Source: Eledone cirrhosa
Taxonomy: Eukaryota
Assembly (NCBI GenBank): GCA_964016885.1
Contig: OZ024741.1
Coordinates: forward strand, 111,724,001-111,788,000
Length of the DNA stretch: 64,000 nt
Direction of reading: 5' to 3'
Shown here one piece after another: positions 59,401 through 64,000 of this stretch (positions are counted from its first letter, which is position 1; the number at the start of each line of letters is the position of its first letter). Under the pieces are notes generated by a model that was not told the DNA's origin, made no database searches, and saw only the letters and a program-made list of their open reading frames with translations. Made by a program: the position numbers and the translations under genes.

Positions 59401-60419
59401 TTGAATGAAATTTGTTATTCAAAAATGGGGTGAATTTGACGCAACACATCATCCACATACATATATATATTTAAACACACACACACACACATGCACATAC
59501 ATACACACATTCACGCATACATTCAAACACTCACACACGCACACGTACATATGTATACGTATTTGAATTTTAATAAGATTATATCAGTAATATTTATGTA
59601 TATATAGTGTTTTTATTTAAACACATTCTGAACGCAAAGACACTATTTTTATATATTAAACAAAAATAACTTTTTTGGCGCCGTGTCTCGAATAGATATA
59701 TGAAATTTATTCTATTAAAAAAAAAAATGTTTTCTCAGCTGGAACCGGAATAAATTTATTTCAGCTAATGATGTTTGAGAAAATCATGAACCTCGCAAAA
59801 TATTATATCGATTACTTATAAATTGATAGTGACATGCTTAAATTAATAAAATTAACATTGGTAATTCGGTTGCTTGGTGTTGGTCTTTTTATAACGTATG
59901 GCATTAGTAGAAATATTATGGAGATAACTAAAACTTTAGCAATATTGTCAGACGTTCCCTCTAGCAATAACTTGTACCACAGAGGTAGGCATAACTGGGT
60001 GGTTAAGAAGTTCACTTCGCACTCATGAGAACTCAGGTTCGATCCTACTGCGTAGCATCTCGGGGAGGTGTAATTTGGCATAGCCCCAGGACGGTACAAG
60101 TCTTATAAGTGAAATTGGATCGACAGAAACTGTAGAAGACCGCTGGAGTGATTTTAACGGTGATTTAAAGATTCAGCCATGTCACATATTGTATCACCCT
60201 AATTTGGCTTGGAAATACCCAATGTTTTGCACGTTATTTCATAGGATGGACTTTCAGTTGAACAAAACAACTGAATGCTCATCGTCGAAATCGATGCAGG
60301 AGGATCCACGATCATAACACGGAAAGATGTATAGCTCGTGGTGTGGGTGATGGAAACACCATATAATTGACATAGTTCATAGTTCACATTTACTGTACAC
60401 AGACACACATATATATATA

Positions 60420-61200
60420 AATTTATAACTCTATAAAGTAACTGCCTCTAATACGTAAACATCTCATTGAAAGGATAAGATATATTAATAAATTATCCAC
60501 CCAATATATATAAAACTTAAGCCAAAAAGTCGGTTTTAACTTATGTAATACCCCGACAATGGTTTTTGGAACTCAAGATACAACATCAAGAATTCCAAGA
60601 CATTGGCTTCTATCCCCACAAAATGAGATATTGACTTAACTTTAATATATATTAATACTTCTCTGGGTGGATAATTTATTGATATATCTTATCCTTGCAT
60701 TGAGATGTCTACGTATTAGAGATAGTTAACTTTATAAAGTTATAAATTAATATTTACTGCTCCATCATTGTTGTGCTGATTTAGACGGTTTTGGCTGATA
60801 TTTCTAGCGTCATTATAAGCCTGTTGTATTGTCCTAATACATTAAGTGGGATATATTCATACAGTAATTCACGTTGTTCACCATGTGGTCTACTAATGGC
60901 ATGGTATATATAATATATATTCGAGTTGTCCCTTTGGGTGGAATATATTCATATAGTAATTCAGCCATACAACACCTTGCTCACTATGGAGTCTAGCAAC
61001 GAAGTGGCATGTATGATATATTTCAACTCGTCCTTTATTTCTAAGAAGAATCCCCCTACCACCGATAAAGAAAGTTTAATTCTTCCAATATTGGTTATTC
61101 CAATGTCTTGGAATTGCTGATGTATCTTGAGTTTCAGAAACCACGGTCGGGGTATTGTATGAGGTAAAACCGACTAACTTTAGCCGATTTGGATTGTATC
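60420..61200. repeat. old, interleaved inverted repeats (60420-60503 / 60665-60748; 60515-60606 / 61100-61185)
   Basis: Diverged reverse-complement matches; decayed HHR-like CTGATGT..GAAA CCACGG TC at ~61117-61150. Confidence 0.6.
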
Positions 61201-61294
61201 CCCCCAAATGAGGTTTTGGCTTACACACACACACACACAATATATATATATATGTATATATGTATGGAGAGAGAAAGAAAGAGAGAGAGAGAGA

Positions 61295-61365
<71 letters not shown>

Positions 61366-62095
61366 GTCTGGATAAGAGATGGGCTCCACCAGGTTTAAAA
61401 TGCCCTAGCAACGCCGTATACCACTACAGTGCCCCTACGACTTCGCCTGGAGCTACAGTAGCATACCATATGTATATATAGTCGATTGTAAAGGCCCGGG
61501 GGTTAAAGTTGTTCAGCTCACACTGATGAGATGGTGAGTTCAATATCTGTAAATAAAAGGGCTAACATTTTCATAGTGTCATACTAAATCTCACTGAGAA
61601 ATACGATAAAGATAGCGTATCTGTGGATGCTGAGACACCTCTACTTTAATTTCCTGAGCAAGCTATTTCGTTGATAAAACACAGATGATGGCCAGCAGTT
61701 GGGAAAGGGAGTTGCTGATTCAAAGTAAATTTTCTGAAAGTTAGGTGCTTGTGATGAAGTCAGTTTGTATATGAAGTCGATGGGTTCATTTTGTTTTGCT
61801 TGGGGTGTGCAGGCAGCAAGAAAAAATACCCGGGGAGGACCGGGATGGGACTTCTGAAGTGTCCTGGCCCATTCTTCTGTTGTGGTTACCATCTTTTCTA
61901 GGAGTCGTTCTTTCTTTTTATATTCAATTTTCGATTATTAAGCTGCTGCAACTCACCCGCCACTCGTCGTTGTTTTGTATATGTACACCACATGTTGCAA
62001 TTCTTTTTTGCATAAAATATGTGGTCATTGTGGTCAATAAAGAAATCATTATTATCATTATCATTACCGTTATTATTATTATTATTTTTTTTTAA

Positions 62096-62137
<42 letters not shown>

Positions 62138-62462
62138 TGATGTGTCGCTTTCTCTTGTATTTTCCTGGAAACTATAATTAGCCGGAGAGAAAATTGTCTG
62201 CGACCATTAATTGATTTTTAGCTAAGTGATCTTTCAGAAAGTTGAATGAAATATATGCCGAAAACTTTTCATTCAGTATTGAATTTCTCTCGTCATAATT
62301 AATTAATCAGACAGGTTCTTAATGAAAAAAAAAAAAAAAGATAAGATAATGTAAACAAATAAATTATCATTTGAATTATATATTACATCATCTTGAACAC
62401 ATGACTATAATCATAGTGAAACTGAATTTATTCCAGACAGACAGCATGTGATACATCTAAAT

Positions 62463-62680
62463 GATAATAGTTTCTACATTAGAAACAAGGCCAGCAATTT
62501 GAGGGAAAGGGAAAGTCGATTATATCGACCGCAGTAGTTGACTGGTACTTTATTTTATCGATAGCGGAAGCCCGAGAAGTAAAGTAAACCCCGGCGGGGT
62601 TTGAAACCAGAACGTAGACGGCCGCAACGAAACACTGCAATGTATTTCATTCGACGCATTAACCACTCTACCAATCTGTC
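62463..62680 (-). mobile_element. SINE, diverged
   Basis: Family consensus. Confidence 0.75.
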
Positions 62681-63096
62681 ACTCTTTATACCTCTATCAG
62701 ATAACACTACAATGAACATAACATAATACTCAATAATTATACTAAGATGCTATCTTCTCGGTGTATACTAATTACTTAGTTGATTTTTAATTACTGTATT
62801 TATGGACAAAATTAACGCAATAAACAGGAGTCCATATATCTTTTGTTTTTCTGAGGAAAACCACTTGAAATCTGTATTGTCCTGGTGCATCAAAATACTT
62901 ACAAAAATGCACACATACACATATACAAACGCACAGGCGCATATATATATATACATATTATATATATATATATATACCTACCTGGTACTCTCTCTCTCCC
63001 TCTCTCTCTCTATCCCCCTCTCTCTCTCTCTATATATATATATATAATTAAAATTGAAATAGAAGCTTCACCGTAATATTTTTGACATGTAGTCTA

Positions 63097-63278
63097 ATAA
63101 TTGTTTCTACTTTTGGCACAAGGCCAGCAATTATCCCAGTGTATTACTGGTACTTTATTTTATCTACCCCGTAAGGATGAAAGGCAAAGTTAACCTCGGC
63201 GGGATTTGAACTCAGACCATAAAGGGACGTAACTGTGCTGCAAAGCATGGCGTCCGACCCTCTACCGATACTGCCAAT
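63097..63278 (-). mobile_element. SINE
   Basis: Family consensus. Confidence 0.85.
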
Positions 63279-63465
63279 TGGGGCGTATATACACACAGAA
63301 CGGAAAAAGAGGGTTTTTATACGATCCATTATTAAACTATAGTATAATCAAATATATACAATGAAGCTTCGTTTCTAATTTCGTTCACCGCGTTCCAAAC
63401 ATACTTCCTATATGGTCCCGTTAAGGGTGAAAGCAGCGATTCTTTGCTTAAACTTTAATCTGCTA

Positions 63466-63523
<58 letters not shown>

Positions 63524-63925
63524 GTATAGGATTATCCAAGATGTAGTAATGGTTAATTACTACACTGGATATGGTTGACGTACGGTAAGAGGTTACTCTA
63601 CGAGTTATGGAAGAATTGTTCAAGAAACTTAGTTCCTGATCCTTCAGTATTCCGGAGTGTATATAAAGAATGAATAATAACAGGTAGACATCATAAAAAG
63701 GTAATTTATTCCGTGTGCTTACAAGTGTTCCACGGTGGTACTGCAGCCTAGTTCCGCTACGTGCAAATTCACAAGTATTTGCAGAACTCGAATATCCAAT
63801 GCTGTGACCACTGTTTCCTCTGAGGAAACAGTGGTGACAGTCGTGACAGGGGTGACAGTCGAGTTTGCAATTTTCAACTGTTTTCAACAGTTGAAAATTG
63901 CAAACTCGACTGTCACCACATATCA

Positions 63926-63964
63926 TGAACCTGAAGATTGCGAAAGCATGAAAGTACTTGTTCA
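63926..63964 (+). ncRNA. minimal type I hammerhead, family A (best copy)
   Basis: TGAAC CTGAAGA TTGC-GAAA-GCAT GAAA GTAC TT GTTCA; palindromic AAGTACTT stem III. Confidence 0.75.
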
Positions 63965-64000
63965 ATTAACACTTAGAATTTAATATTCTATCATACTATT

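Noticed and set aside
62851-62880. CTGAGGA..GAAA..GTA
   Set aside because: 2-bp stem II and no stem I; consistent with chance

Overview
AT-rich, microsatellite-saturated animal DNA, probably an octopod cephalopod judging from the dominant tRNA-derived SINE (inference). I find no convincing host protein-coding exon; nearly all ORFs in the track are (TA)n/(CA)n/(GA)n artefacts. Recognisable mobile elements: a young 5'-truncated Tx1/L1-type LINE (APE+RT), Dong/R4-type RLE LINE fragments, several Penelope-like element (PLE) RT and GIY-YIG remnants, two mariner-superfamily relics, non-autonomous Helitrons, about 20 SINEs and a 21-bp minisatellite. The main unexplained structure is a population of short non-coding elements, mostly embedded in (TA)n tracts, arranged as fold-back palindromes and/or ~310-450-bp tandem units. 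They carry type I, mostly minimal, hammerhead ribozyme (HHR) motifs: about 10 unrelated sequence families and more than 20 motif copies, read by eye on both strands. Highlights are a near-identical 310-bp retrozyme-like array, a recurrent U.U closing mismatch in stem II, a C4 core variant in two families, a shared fold-back pivot, and an inverted duplication that captured flanking DNA. All ribozyme calls are manual folds; activity is untested.
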